Positions 1-13,919 of a stretch of DNA of 64,000 nucleotides are shown here, piece after piece (positions within the stretch are counted from its first letter, which is position 1; each line of letters begins with the position of its first letter). A program made the position numbers and the translations under genes. The DNA lies in assembly GCF_009914755.1 (NCBI RefSeq), contig NC_060939.1; one strand, given 5' to 3'. The stretch comes from the human T2T-CHM13v2.0 reference genome, Homo sapiens. The notes beneath the pieces are model-generated. The model was given only the letters and a program-made list of their open reading frames with translations, ran no database searches and was not told where the DNA came from.

Positions 1-1420
1 TTTCAATTTATGCATTATGAATCTGACTTCTCTGTCTGCTTTTAAGATTTCTCCCCTAGTTTACATTAATTTTATTATCACATCCCTTTGTATAGTTTTT
101 TAAAATTTTTCTTCTGCTTGAGTTTTCTTGAGTTTCTTAGATTTTTGGCTTATTAGTATTTATGAAATTGAAATCTTTTCATGTTATTTTAAATATTTTT
201 TTCTGTCCCACCCGTGCCCTCCCTACCACCTTTATAAGACTTCAATTTTTCTTATGTTAGACTTGTTAATATTTTCCCACAACCCACTGATGTTCTATTG
301 ATTTTTATTTTACCATTTTCTCTGTGTGTTTCATTTTGTATAGTTTATATTGCTTTGTTTTCAAGTCCACTAATCTTTTTTCTGAAAGGCTTATTCTTTT
401 CTGTAAGGCTCTTAATAGTCTTTGGTATAATTTTTATTTTATATATTTTATTTTTCACCTTTAGAATTTTTTTCCTTTTTTGTCTTCCATTCTCTCCCAA
501 CATGTTCATACTTTCCTCTGCCTTCTTTAACATATAGAGTATATTCATTTTAGCTATTTTAGTATTACTTTGAACTAATTCTATTATACGTATATTTTTA
601 ATATGTTTCTAATAATTGTTGTTTCTCATAGGTTATATTTTTCTGTTTGTTTGCATGCTTGGTAATTTTTGATTGGATGCTAGCACATATGAATTTTATG
701 TTATAGTTTTCTGGATTTGGCAGGGGAGGTAGTTCTTTAAATATTTGAGATCTTGGTTCTCAGATACAATTAAATTACTTGGACTCAATTTTATCCTTTA
801 GGATTTCTTTTCAAGCTTTGGTAGCAAGGGTTCAGACATTCTTTAGTCTAGGCTAATGTGCTTTCTTTATAAAGGCAACACCCCATGCCCATGTATTAGG
901 ATGTCTTTCTACATTGATTGGTGAGATTAGAACCTATTATCGGCTAATGTGGCCTTCCAGGATTGATCTTTCTCTTCTCTAATGGCTCCTTTTCTGGCCT
1001 CACCCTCATGTGCAGATCAGTATTCAGCCAAGAACTCAAGGGGGAATCTTTCTGTAGCTTCCCAGCTTTCTCTATTCTTTCTCTTGTAAGCAACCTCCTC
1101 TCCTCTCGGGTACTTTGCTTTTAAAATTTTAGGCACTTTGGCTTCTCAAAACTCTGAATTCTGTCCCTTAAACTCTGCAAGACTACAGTCTTTGTTTTGA
1201 ATTCCTTCCCTGTGCTATGGCCTGAAAAATCTCTTCAATTAGTGAGCTCAAGAACTTATAGAGTTCAAAACATTTATTCCCATTGTCTCAGGGATTACTG
1301 ACCAGTCTTTTCCATTGTCTGATGTCCACTCCATTTAATTTCCTTTGTCTGGTTTTCTAATTGTCTAAAAAAGTAGAGTAAATCCAATTACCTATCACTT
1401 TATCATGACGGGATATAACA
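1..1420 (-). mobile_element. Ancient L1 (L1M-type 5'/ORF1-region or HAL1-like) fragment
   Basis: T-rich + strand with blocks typical of antisense old L1 5' regions (e.g. ggtaatttttgattggatgctag, tattcagccaagaactcaaggggg). Boundaries approximate; subfamily not resolved. Confidence 0.55.
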
Positions 1421-1810
1421 TACTTTAAGTGCCAAAATAAGTAAATAAATAAATAAATAAGGACGTAACGTAACACTCAAGGGCAGGAATACAACCAAAC
1501 TTTAGGAATAAGGAGTTTATATTCATTGGCCACCCAGGCAATACTTCGTTTTCCTCTGCATCTGTTTCTAATCTCTGCATCTGTTTGTCAATATCTGTGG
1601 AATGACTTACTCTGTTTCTCCAGTCTGCATAGTTAAATGTGCCTACTCCACATCTACCAGGTTTACATATTATTGTTGCAATCACTTACAGAAACTCCTT
1701 TTTGGAGGTATCTATTTGCAAAGTTCGAGACTATCAGACAATACATTATTTTAATGACATTCTTTTAGTTATTTTTAATAATATGCTTATTGCTATTAAA
1801 TCTTGAGGAA

Positions 1811-2125
1811 GGCCAGGCAGAATGGTTCATTCCTGTAATCTTATCACGTTGGGATGCTGAGGTGGAGAACTGATTAAGCCCCAGAGTTTGAGACCAGCCT
1901 GGGCAACAAAGCGAGACCTCATCTCTATTTGAAAAAATTTAAAAATTAGCCAAGTGTGGTGGCATGCACCCGTAGTTCCAACTACTTGGGAGGCTGAGAT
2001 GGGAGGATCACTTGAGCCCAGGAGTTTGAGCTTGCATTGAGCTATGATTGCACCACTGTGCTCCAACCTGGGTGACAGAGTAAGACTTTGTCTTAAAAAA
2101 TAAAATAAAATAAATAAAATAAAAT
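1811..2125 (+). mobile_element. AluJ, full-length dimer
   Basis: ggccaggc start; AluJ-type aggatcacttgagcccagg and gctatgattgcaccactg; (TAAAA)n tail; TSD aatcttga(g/t)gaa at 1799-1810 and 2126-2137. Confidence 0.95.
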
Positions 2126-2273
2126 AATCTTGATGAAATTAGTCCTTAGTAGGTAAGAATACCAGCTTGATTTTAGTATTTACCATGCAATATACTTAAT
2201 ATAAAAATGAATATAAAAATATTCCAATATTTTCCACATTGTTATTTTATTCTTGCATAGTAGAAAGCATCAT

Positions 2274-2434
2274 TCACTTTTAAAAACATTTTTTTATAGT
2301 TATGTTGGCCTACTCATAATATTTTTGTTTGTTCTTGAGTGATTTAAAATAACTTAGAATTCTAAACAGAATTCTAAACAGAAATATTATTATGAGTAGG
2401 CCAACATAACTATAAAAACTGTTTTTAAAAGTGA
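2274..2434. repeat. Long inverted repeat (hairpin)
   Basis: 2291-2321 is the exact reverse complement of 2388-2418 (31 bp), and 2274-2288 of 2420-2434 (15 bp). Confidence 0.95.
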
Positions 2435-2876
2435 TACTTTATTTTAAAATGCCTCTACAAATTATTTAAAAATTTCCTGGCATTGTATATTACTTTACAT
2501 TCATCTGCACTCAATTTTATGTTTTATTCCATTGTCCACTTATATTATCTAGCATTCTTAAGGCTATTCTGGAAGCCATAATTCTTCTCAACTTCATCTC
2601 AACTAAATTGTTTGGTGCTGTCAATAATTTTTACATTTGATCAGTTGTAAATTACTACATCATTTGACACCTACTACTGACATTTTTCCACCATAAAACT
2701 AGATGATATTCCTTAATTTTTAACAAATTGAGAACTGATTTGGAAGAAAAATTGGAAGTTTATAATTTTACATCTTTTGAAGACCGTAGTATGATATAGA
2801 AGAATGATCACATCACTGGTTGAAGAGTCAGTGTAAACTTGCATCATTAGGATTTTTGAATGAAAGTGAGTGAGAG

Positions 2877-3114
2877 CTCATAAGTGGGAGTTGAACAATG
2901 ATAACTCATGGACATGGTGGGTGGGGCATCACACACTGGGGCCTGTTGGGGGCGTGGGGGGCTAGGGGAGGGATAGCTTTAGGAGAAATATCTGATGTAG
3001 ATGACGGGTTGATGGGTGCAGCAAACCACCATGGCACTTTCTGTAGTTCCTATCCAACAAACCTGCACGTTCTGCACATGTACCCCGGAACTTAAAGTAT
3101 AATAAAAAATAAAT
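2877..3114 (+). mobile_element. 5'-truncated L1PA 3' end (L1PA7/8-like)
   Basis: ctcataagtgggagttgaacaatg...gtagatgacgggttgatgggtgcagcaaaccaccatggcac...acttaaagtataataaaa; TSD aaag(t/g)gagtgagag at 2863-2876 and 3115-3128. Confidence 0.93.
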
Positions 3115-3502
3115 AAAGGGAGTGAGAGATGTTCAAAATATTGGTTAAACAAATAAATGAATAAATATTCATTTAAAATATGCAATGTAAGCTATCCCCA
3201 TTTATAAAATAACCGTGAATCACATTGAATTGGGAGGAAATAGGTGATTTGCAAATATTCTTCAATAAAATACTTAATTATATTTACTATTATACATCCT
3301 AGTTGTCGTTCCTAACTTTTCTTAGTTTGCAAAGTGAAGCTTGCTGCTGCTTGATTTTAAAAATTATTTGCAGTTGTCCTCTGAAAACACATAGTATTTA
3401 TTTTATAATCAATAGATTATTTGAGTTTTAGACTTTTGAATTTTATTTTTGCTATATGCATGTATTTCTTTCTAAGACATAAAACGTAATTCTTATCAAG
3501 AG

Positions 3503-4655
3503 GACCTTATCAAAATGTTAAACTTTTGCTCTGTCAAAGACTCTATTAAGAAGATGAAAACACAAGCTACAAACTGAGAAAAAATATTTTCAAACTATAT
3601 ATTTGACAGAAAACTTGTATTAGAATCTGGAAATAAATCTCAAAACCCAGCTGTAAAAAAACAAATGATCCAATTAGAAAATGGGCAAAAACATGAATAC
3701 ACATTTCACTGAAAAGGATACATACAAATGGCAAAGATGCACATGAAAAGATGCTCAACATTATTAGCTTTTAGGAAAGGGCAAATTAAAACAATAAGAT
3801 ATCACACATCCCTAACAGAATGGCTAAAATAAAAAATAGTGATCACACCAAACCCTGGCGATTGTGCAGAGAAACTGGATTACTGTTCATTGCTGTGGAA
3901 ATGTAAAATGGCACAGCTAGTCTGGTAAAAAGTGACAATTTCTTGCAAAGCTGAACATGTGCTTACCATATGATCCAGCAAACACATTTATTCCAGACAC
4001 AAAAATGTATGTCCACACAAAAACCTGTATGAGAATATTCAGCATAGCTTTAACTTATCCTGAAACTGAAAGTAGCCCAAATGTCTTTCAGTGAATGAAT
4101 GTTTAAACAAACTGTGGTACATCCTTTCCATGGAACACTACTATTGATACAGGCAATAACTTAGATATGGATCTCAAGGGATTTCTACTGAGTGAGGAAA
4201 GCCACTCTCAAAAGGTTATATGCTGCATGATTTCATTCATATAACATTCTTGAAATGATAACATTATAGAAATGGAGAACAGATAAATGATTTTAAAGGG
4301 ATAGAGGAGTTTGGAGGGAGGTTGCTGTGGCTACAAAAAGTAGCATCAAGAATTCTCATAATGGAACTGTTCTGTATCTTGACTGTTGTGGTGGTCATGA
4401 GAACCTACACATGTGATACAATTGCCTGGAGTTACATACAAACAGAAACACAATTGAGTGCATATAATACTAGTGAGATTTGAATAATATCAGTGGGTTA
4501 TATTTATGTCAGTTTCCTGGTTGTGATGCTGTGTTATAGTTACACAAGATGTTGCCATTGGAGAAAACTGAGTAAACAGATATATGGGTTCTCTCTATAT
4601 TATTTCTTGCAACTGCATGTGAATCTATGATTGTCTCAAAATAAAAATTTAGAAA
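3503..4655 (+). mobile_element. Old L1M (L1MC/MD-like) ORF2 end and 3' UTR
   Basis: aacttttgctctgtcaaagac, aaaatgggcaaaaacatgaatacacatttcac, and 3' end ttcttgcaactgcatgtgaatcta...ctcaaaataaaaattt. Confidence 0.85.
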
Positions 4656-4924
4656 ATGATTACTTACTGCAATTATGAATTCACCGCCGAAGTCTGTATT
4701 CATCATTTCTATAGACACTTATCTGAAGAGTGATATTAAGTGGCTGATTGGATCAGGTCTGAAAGAGTTGGAGACTCTCCTAAAAAGAGTGATTTACTGT
4801 GAATCCTGAAGGGGATACCAAGATCAGAGACTGGAGTGTCTGGTCCAATTGGGAGACATGGTCAAATGCTAGCTTTCATGTCATAGGTCCAGGGTGGGCA
4901 GAAGGGCACTGACAGAAACTTGGG

Positions 4925-5035
4925 TGTAGACTGGGTTTTCTGGAAGCAAACTATGAATGGAATTTGTGGTGTTTATTGGAGATCGACATTTATGAAAGAA
5001 AGGTGAAGAACTGAGCATAATAGAGCTCTGGAGAA
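4925..5035 (-). mobile_element. Short ERVL LTR (LTR16-like) fragment
   Basis: gtagactgggttttctggaagcaaact...tgtttattggagatcgacattt resembles the LTR copies at 46.9 and 48.1 kb. Confidence 0.4.
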
Positions 5036-6565
5036 AATATTCCTTCTTAGAGTCACCCTGAACTGTCTTCAGTGGCCTTACTCGGTTACCCAGTGACATG
5101 ACCTCAGGTAAAGTATGTCTCTTTAGCTAAGGTGGATCTTGAAAAAGAGGACAGCTGAAGGCCGTCTCCTAACTGGATTCCATACAGTTGTGCAGCAAGT
5201 CCTGCCTGAAAGGAAGATCGCAGCAGTGCATCTCTGTGTTGGCATACATAGACCCAAGACAGTGACTGAGTTAGTATTGGACTCAAGCAAATAATTTAAA
5301 AAATGGAGTCTGGAGACAGAGGCTGGGGACAGGTGTGCAGGTCTCCTTAACAACACACTTGGAAGTACCTGTTAATAGGACTGCTGCTGGGAGACAATGG
5401 CGTCTCACTGCAAGTTGATGAAGATATGCAGTGAATTGGCATATGATTTGGTCTATTAGAAATTGCCCTTTAAAATTTATTTATATTCCATTTTAGATAA
5501 TGTTTTTAATCACTGGATTAATGCCAGCTGCAATGATGCACAGGTTTTTATTATTAGAATGGATGTTTTGGCTTTGCAGAAGTTTCAACTTGTTCACTTT
5601 CTGATCTAAGGGGGCAGACTGCTACCTATCCGTCAGTTGCAGAAAATGTTGACTAAGTCTCACTAGCTAAACTGATTTCACCCTCCATTTGAGCAACTTG
5701 ATATTTTACAGATATAGAAAACTGCTGTTTATTCTCCACTTAGACTCTCCCAATGCATTTATAAGGAGATAGTTAGAACTGGCATGTACCACAGGAAGGC
5801 TCTTCAAAGGGAACATGTTAACACATCCTTATTCCTGCTGAGTGGAACTTGAAAAAAGCTATTGTTACATTTCTTATGGAGTTCCTCAACGCCTCTTATA
5901 AATGAGCCATATTTAGTTTTAAACAAATTTCCTGAAGTAAACAGTATATTTCCCTGATTTTCATCTCTCTTGGAAAGCTTCCAAAAAACTTGGAAGTGAA
6001 TTAGTGTGCAATTTGCATCCAAGTCTTAGCCAAGGGGATGTGGTTTATTATAATACATGGTCCTCCTAATTATTGAACAGCCCAAGAAAACTCAGTCCAG
6101 TGTGCATCTGCTGTTGCTTGACCACATTGCCAAACACAATTTGGCAAGCACAGAAATGTACATTGAGCAGACCTACAGTCTAATTTGCATTAGAGTTTGT
6201 GGTAATTAGATGAAAGCTATAACTGAATGAGCTTGTCCTCTCTTTTTAGATCACTTCATTTCTAAAAAATAAACAAGAAGCAAACCTCCCAAAGAATTTC
6301 CCTTTTTATGTGTCCTTGAGGTTTCTCAATGTGATTTAATTATTGCCCAACTGTTAGTTCTGCTTATATGTGAAGAGAAAACTTCTTTCCCACATATTTC
6401 ATGTGGACTTTCTTTTATAATTCTTGATATCTATGGGTTGATTGTGCATGTTTCAATACATAGTTGATATCATTGTTCAAAAGAGTGAATATGAATACTG
6501 CTGATTAGATGTCTGCATTCTTTGGGAATTTGCATCCAAGAATAAAAAAATAGGTCCATCCACAT

Positions 6566-7333
6566 TTTTTTCTTTTATTTTTAACTTTTATTTTAAGTTC
6601 AGGGGTACATGTGCAGGTTTGTTATATAGGTAAACTTGTGTCATGGAAGTTTTTTTGTGAAGATTATTTCATCACCCAGGTATTAAGCCTAGTATTTCTT
6701 AGTTTTTTTTCCTGATCTTTTCCCTCCTCTTACCCTCCACCCTCCAATAGGCCCCAGTGTGTGTTATTCCCCTCTATGTGTCCATGTGTTCTCATCATTT
6801 AGCTCTCACTTATAAGTGAGAACATGGTTTTCTGTTCCTTGTTACTTTGCTAAGGATAATGGCCTCCAGCTCCATCCATGTCCTTGCAAAGGACATGAAC
6901 TTGTTCTTTTTTTATGGTTGCATACTATTCCATGGTGTATATATACACCACATTTTCTTTATCTAGTCTATCATTGATAGGCATTTAGCTTGTTTCCATG
7001 TATTTGCTATTGTGAATAGTGCTTCAATGAACATACACATGCATGTGTCTTTATTATGCCCAGAAATGGGATTTCAGGGTTGAGTGGTATTTCTGTCCTT
7101 AAGTCTTTGAGGACTGTCTTCCACAATAGCTGAAATGATTTATATTCCTACCAACAGTGTATAAGCGTTCCTTTTTCTCCACAACCTTGCCAGCATCTGT
7201 TATTTTTTGACTTTTTAATAGTAGCCATTCTGACTGGTGTGAGATGGTATCTCATTGTGGTTTTGATTTGCATTTCTCTAATGATCAGTGATGTTGAGCT
7301 TTTTTTTTCATATGATTGTTGGCTGCATGTATG
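6566..7333 (-). mobile_element. L1PA (about PA13-like) 3' end, 5'-truncated
   Basis: Poly-T followed by ttaagttcaggggtacatgtgcaggtttg...tctgactggtgtgagatggtatctcattg; encodes the ORF2 C-terminal motif [20 protein letters not shown] on the - strand. Confidence 0.95.
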
Positions 7334-7633
7334 GCAGAGTCTTGCTCTGTCACCCAGATTGATGTGCAGTGGTGTGATCACAGCTCACTGCCACCTTGAC
7401 CTCCTGGGCTAAAGTGATCCTCCCACCTCCACCTCCACCTCCCAAGTAGCTGGGACCACAGGCATGCACCACCGTGTCCAGCTAGTTAAAAAAAAATTTT
7501 TTAGAGACAGGGTCTCACTATGTTGCGCTGGAACAGAATTCCAGTCTGTCCTGGAATTCCTGAGCTTAAGGAGTCTTCCTGCCTTGGCCTCCCAAAATGC
7601 TGGGATTACAGACATGAGGCACCACACCCAGCC
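7334..7633 (-). mobile_element. AluJ lacking its own A-tail, joined directly to the L1 fragment
   Basis: cagagtcttgctctgtcacccag...cctcccaaaatgctgggattacag...ccacacccagcc; no poly-T between it and the L1. Confidence 0.9.
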
Positions 7634-7729
7634 CGTCCTCTGATTGATTTAAAGGATAATAAGAAAGCACAGAAAGAGCCATAAAGAAATCACAAAGTTC
7701 CCATTGAATAAACCACCTTGAATAAACCG

Positions 7730-7830
7730 CTGAATTTTTCTGAGTCTCGATTTTCTTATTTATAAAATGGGGAAATTGATGCCTCCTTTATCTACCTCAT
7801 ATAGTTGATGTAAGAGCCAACTGGAAAAAA
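7730..7830 (+). mobile_element. MIR core fragment
   Basis: tctgagtctcgattttcttatttataaaatgggg...tacctcatatagttgatg matches the MIR core. Confidence 0.65.
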
Positions 7831-8048
7831 ACAGGATTTAAAACTGTTTGCAGAAAACATATAGATGGCAAAGTTGTTTTAAAATGATAAGTTTATTAGG
7901 TACATACCAATACATACACAGAGAGTCTAGTGAATAATTTTGTGGTATACTGCACAAACTACCCTCAGAGACCACCAGGGAATCTGATGCTCCAGCCATG
8001 GTAGGCGCTCTGGGAGTTGAGGGTGATCATGGTCCAAGGGCTATTGAG

Positions 8049-8340
8049 CTACACTGTCCAATATGGTAGCCACTAGCCACATGTAGCTGTGGGACACTTG
8101 AAATGTAGCTTGTCCAAGATGAGACATGCTGTAAGTGTTCAATATATAGCAAATTTCAGACTTAGTGTAAAAAAGAATGTAAAATATCTCATTAAGATTT
8201 TTATAATGATTGTTTTCAGTATATTGAGTTAAAGACAATATATCACAAATTTTATTGTCTCTGTTTCTTTTCATTTTTTGAGTGTGGCCACTATGAAATT
8301 ACATATGTGGCTCACATTTTATTTCTATTAGACAGTACTA
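8049..8340. mobile_element. MER33 (hAT-Charlie MITE)
   Basis: ctgtccaatatggtagccactagccacatgt...catatgtggctcacattttatttctattagacag with degenerate TIRs. Confidence 0.85.
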
Positions 8341-10511
8341 CTTGAAAGCATGAAGCTATGGGATTGCTAATTATATTTAGGGCTGAAGCCAGAGTTAGGA
8401 ACTAAGCAGAACATTGACACATAAAGTGGGTACAAAGCAACAGGGTACTGACTGGGACACCAAGCTAGAGCTAGTGGTTTTTGAAGGGTGGGTAGGAAAT
8501 GGAGCTTAGAGATATTTTCTGGAACATGTATTAGAACTGTGGTTATAGAAAGCCCTTGGCTTTGTTTGTGGGTAGAAAGGGAGCTGTTAAGGGCGCCAGC
8601 CAGTTCAGACATACCAGTATTATTCTTCAAAAACAATTATGTTTAATAAAATCACAATAGTCTAGAGCCCACAGGGAATGCGTACTTTTTTGTGTGTTCG
8701 GGTATTCTGGTTATTTTAGTGTTTATCCTTTAAATATGAAAACTAAGATGATATTTGAAGCATTTCATGTGGGAATTTTTTTAATATTAGAAACTTGTTT
8801 TACCTTCTTATACAGAATAAGAATATACTCAACAAAATTTTTGTGGCATCCTATTTACACAAGGTAATCATTGTGGATGTAAATTATAGTTTTCCGTAAT
8901 ATATTAATGATCCACGTAATATTGTGTGGTTTGATTTGTGAGTGGCTGCTTGCTCCAATGCTGAATGGCCCCAGGTGGGAGTATAGTTAGAGTTTTGTCT
9001 GTTTTTACATCTCTCCACGTTTCCTCTTGCTATCAGACCACCAACCAGCACATTGTAGTGCTCTCAGTGCACCCACAAATAACAAATAACTAATTAATTT
9101 GTTGCATCTAATCTGCTGTGGGACTGGAAATTGTAAAAACAGATTCTTTTGGACTAGAGAAAAATCAAGTATAAATATGTTCTGAGAGTTCAACCCCTAT
9201 GCATAAGTTATGATGATGAATTTTGTGACATTTTCTTTAATCACAGCCATTTTTTTGTTGCTGTTTCAATGTTATGAGCTATGATCTACTTGTGCTTGCC
9301 AGAGAACCAAAGTTTCAAATATATGAGACTTCAATGTGATAAATGTCCTGTGACCGAGTCAGAAATGACGAACCTGCTCTAGCTTGCCAAATAATAGAAA
9401 TACATCCCTTTGGTTTGGGAAGGAACATAAGGCTTTTTTTTTCTTTTAGCTAATTGAGATCCAACAGTAAACTATCTCTTTTAGAGTGCCAAACTCTTGT
9501 ATCAGTTTAAAATCAGGTGTCTTCTGTTATTTCACATGCCATTTCTCAACATGGCATTGTGTGCAAAGTAATTGAGAGGGAGATGGGGAAAGAAATAGTG
9601 GCAAAAGAGCTCTGCCAAGTGCTTAGTAATGTCACATTATAAACTTATTTAGACAGTAGCTTCTGTTCAGCATAGTCATGTGAACTACTTGAAAGGCCCC
9701 AATTAATTATGTATTGGTAAATTTAAAAGTAGAATGTGAGATTTCTGGTGAGGTTCGTGCACATCAATGAATGTTTTTTATATATATCATTATGTTTTTT
9801 ATCATTAATTTTATGTTTAGTGAGCATAAAGGTATTTTATCTAAACTTTATCATTACCAAAAAATACAACAAGTTCCACTAATCCATATAAATGGAAATG
9901 TGTGCAAAGAATGTATCAATGGTCTACTTTCTCTCTGTAAAACTTCAGGTTGTGGAGCTGCACATGCCACAGATTTGCAATCACTAATTGTTGGATCTGA
10001 AAGGGCAGCCAGTTTGTTGCCTCTGGGAGATGTCCATTATAGCTCAACTACACAAGGCTATTATCCATGTGAGGTAACAGTATAGACATAATCCCAAGAG
10101 GATGTGCCGCTGGGGTTAAGGGCATGAGAGACTGGAGCTAATCTTGGCGTGGCCCCGTAATAGCTATATGATTCATCTCTTCTGTTCTACACCCCTTCCT
10201 ACTTAACTCCCGCATAGAGATGGTATTAATACCTACTTCTTGGCACCTGGTTAGAGTAACTACTGTCATTGTGTTTAGGCTCAGTAGAGGGCTTCTAAAC
10301 AAAATTGAGGAAATGAATATATATATTTCTCTATAGTTTTTGCTTCTGTCACAGAGCAGCATATTTGTAATATTTGCTATTAAGTTTTGGAATGATTCAA
10401 CCAATGATGGGGTGACCAACTTTACAGAAAGACATGCCATGGCCTGTGAAGAAAGGCAGTGACAACATACGTAATGAGAAACCCACAAAGAGGTGATGTG
10501 ATAACATTTTA

Positions 10512-10816
<305 letters not shown>

Positions 10817-11089
10817 TCATTTGATTCGATGAGGAGAGATGATCAGAAACTTTCTTCCACCATTCTTCATCTTTCCCTAATGTTACCATCAACACTAAAT
10901 AAACAGGGGTTCCAAAATTGAAAAGGAAAATTTTCACTACAAATTCAGTGGAACAGTTATTGAATTTTAAAAAATACATTATTAGGATTATTTCTGAAAT
11001 TAAAACTTATCGTTGTTGGCATTATTAGTTTAATATGTGCTGTGTGGCTTCTACCAATTTTTTTTGGTTTAATCTTTATAGTTTCTCTG

Positions 11090-11490
<401 letters not shown>

Positions 11491-11589
11491 CATGCCTGTA
11501 ATTTTTCTACCTTGTAATCAAAACATTATTATTGTTTTATAAGCTAATATTCATTTAGATTCACCCTTTCCATTGCTCATAGTTCCTCT

Positions 11590-11700
11590 TTTATTATCCC
11601 CATTTTACAGATGCAGAAATTAAGATACAGAAGGGATAATTAAATTGTTTAAGGTTTTCTAGCTAGTAAGAGGCAGAAACAATACTTCAACCCAGGCTTG
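11590..11700 (-). mobile_element. MIR
   Basis: ttattatccccattttacagatgcagaaattaagatacagaagg...agctagtaagaggcaga...cttcaacccaggc. Confidence 0.8.
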
Positions 11701-12479
11701 TTACTATTAATTATTAATCCAAAGAGGGCAGAATTATTCTGACAGCTACGTTAGCTTAAAAAATTAGCGGGAATCAGTTTATATGACAAAGACTCAGAAG
11801 TGATAATCATGTTAATTGCTCTGCTTTATAGAACACATAGACTGTCTTAATCAACTTAACCCAAGTTATGCTTAAAATGTTTCTCAAAGCCATGAAATAC
11901 CTACATATAGAAGAATATAAATCATTTTTATATGGTTATTGCTATTCATAGAAATTATATCCCAAAATAAACATGGGGCCCAAATCTTACCTAGAGAGCC
12001 AGGGTACTTCCTGAAGAATCTTTGTCTTTTGGATGAATTCTCTATGGGGTCCACACAAGCCAGGTCTTTCTCTTAGATTGAATATAACTATCATTCATAC
12101 ATCTTCCCTCACATGCACATCCTAATCGTCCCATCAAGTTACCAAATTGTTTCACATTATCTAAGAAAATCACTTATGTGAAGTCATTTTGAAAACGAGC
12201 ACTATACAATTAGTTAGAAGTTATTATTTTGAACCCCTATTTTCCTTGGCCACATGATCCATATGCGAAGGTGGCTGAGTTTTAATTTAAGGTTTTCATA
12301 CTTGTTCACTTAGACTCTCTGAGTCTCCGGCTCCATCAGATCCCTATTAAGAAATGTTTATCTTTCTGTTCAGTGAGGCATATAGTTATGCAACCAGATG
12401 GCATGCGCTCAGATGGTGGTGAGAGGGCCTGAGATCTCAAGGGAGCAAGAGGGATTCTTGCCTAATACTCTGCACATTT

Positions 12480-12580
12480 TGATAAAGCTTTGTAAGTGTA
12501 AGGAATAAGGTCTTATTTAACTATGTATCCCCAGCATCAAGCCAATGTGGGCACAGTAAATGTCTGTAGAATTGAATTCC
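12480..12580 (+). mobile_element. L2 3' end fragment
   Basis: tgtatccccagcatc...ggcacagtaaatgtctgtagaattgaatt. Confidence 0.55.
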
Positions 12581-13835
12581 TTATGTTGATTCCATTGGTG
12601 TGGTGGTGACAAGAAGGAAGAGAAGCTGAGCGTCAAACATTGTGTCTCAGCCTGGCCGTGGCCCTAGCTTTAATTCTTATATACTGCACAGGGTACAGGC
12701 TAAGGGATTCTGGTTTTGCTCAGAATAAGGTGTTTATGCTCCAAAAGGGTGCTATAAAATATCTGTAACTCACTATCTGAATGCAAGTAACTTGGGTCAG
12801 AGGTCTTGGTAAACTCTTCCAATTGTTTTTTACATGTAATTATTCAACTTTCTCCCACCCATGACCCTCAGCATCATATGGGGCAAAGGAACATCAAGCC
12901 ATATTGAGTCCCAAAGAATATCAAGTAAGCATCTTACGGCTGTACAAGATAAATGTGAATAATAAAATCTCAATTTGTGCTATTATTTTTCCTTTCAACA
13001 ATAATTCTTTTCATTTTATCTTTTTGAATTTATATTAAAGATGTATAAGTTTAAATTCATAGGAGTTCTGGTTATTCATGATATATTAATATGCTCCCTG
13101 CAACACCATTTTGGTATTTTCTCCTTGTCTTATATATGCACTATTTTATACTGCTATAAAATTCACACTGGAGAGACACTGTGAAGTCTAAATTACTTAA
13201 GGTCAAATTCTATTCTTAGCCCTATGAGTGTTTAGAAAATTGAGATAAAAGAGGCAGAAATTTTTGACTTGAGATCACTCATCAATACTCTGCAATGAAA
13301 TCAGCTTTCCTTTGTGAAGTCCAAAAGTAAACACTAATGTCTGAATCATATACAGAATCTAATATCAGAGTAATAGTTAGGCTGGGCTTGAGGCTTGAGG
13401 ATAGGGAGAAAGAAAACTCTTATTTTTACACAGACTGTAACACTCTAGCATTTCACATATTTCTAGGAAGACTTATTTAATCCACCTTGTCATGTGCTGA
13501 CATTTAATAAACACCTCATTCCTCTATAGGTATTTTAAACAATGAGCTGCAGAATACCAAATCCCTGGCCAGTTAACAGTATTGAAATGACCAAACATTT
13601 ATATAGCTTCTTTTTTGAAAAATAAGGTTAATGGAAATAATTTCTATTTTAATATGACTTTCTTCATGCTGTGAACTGTATACATATGCATACCTGCAAT
13701 GTATATTACTGGCTGTGAAGGGACCATCCTTATTTGTGATGGTTATGATGCTTTTACAATATCATGCATATGGTTCCATTTGAAAGACATGTAATTCATT
13801 ACCTTCTTCTGTTGGTTAATAGCTTTATGAGAATG

Positions 13836-13919
13836 TTTTCCCCTAGACCCACACAAAATGTGCCTCCCTGAGCATAGCACACATCCTCAAAGAATGCTAA
13901 CACTTTACAAATTTGCTAG
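13836..13919. repeat. Donor copy of the 84-bp inverted duplication
   Basis: Unique-looking sequence whose exact reverse complement lies at 11305-11388. Confidence 0.97.

Noticed and set aside
298-548. Hydrophobic and lysine-rich ORF pair
   Set aside because: Compositional artefact of T-rich antisense old L1 sequence.
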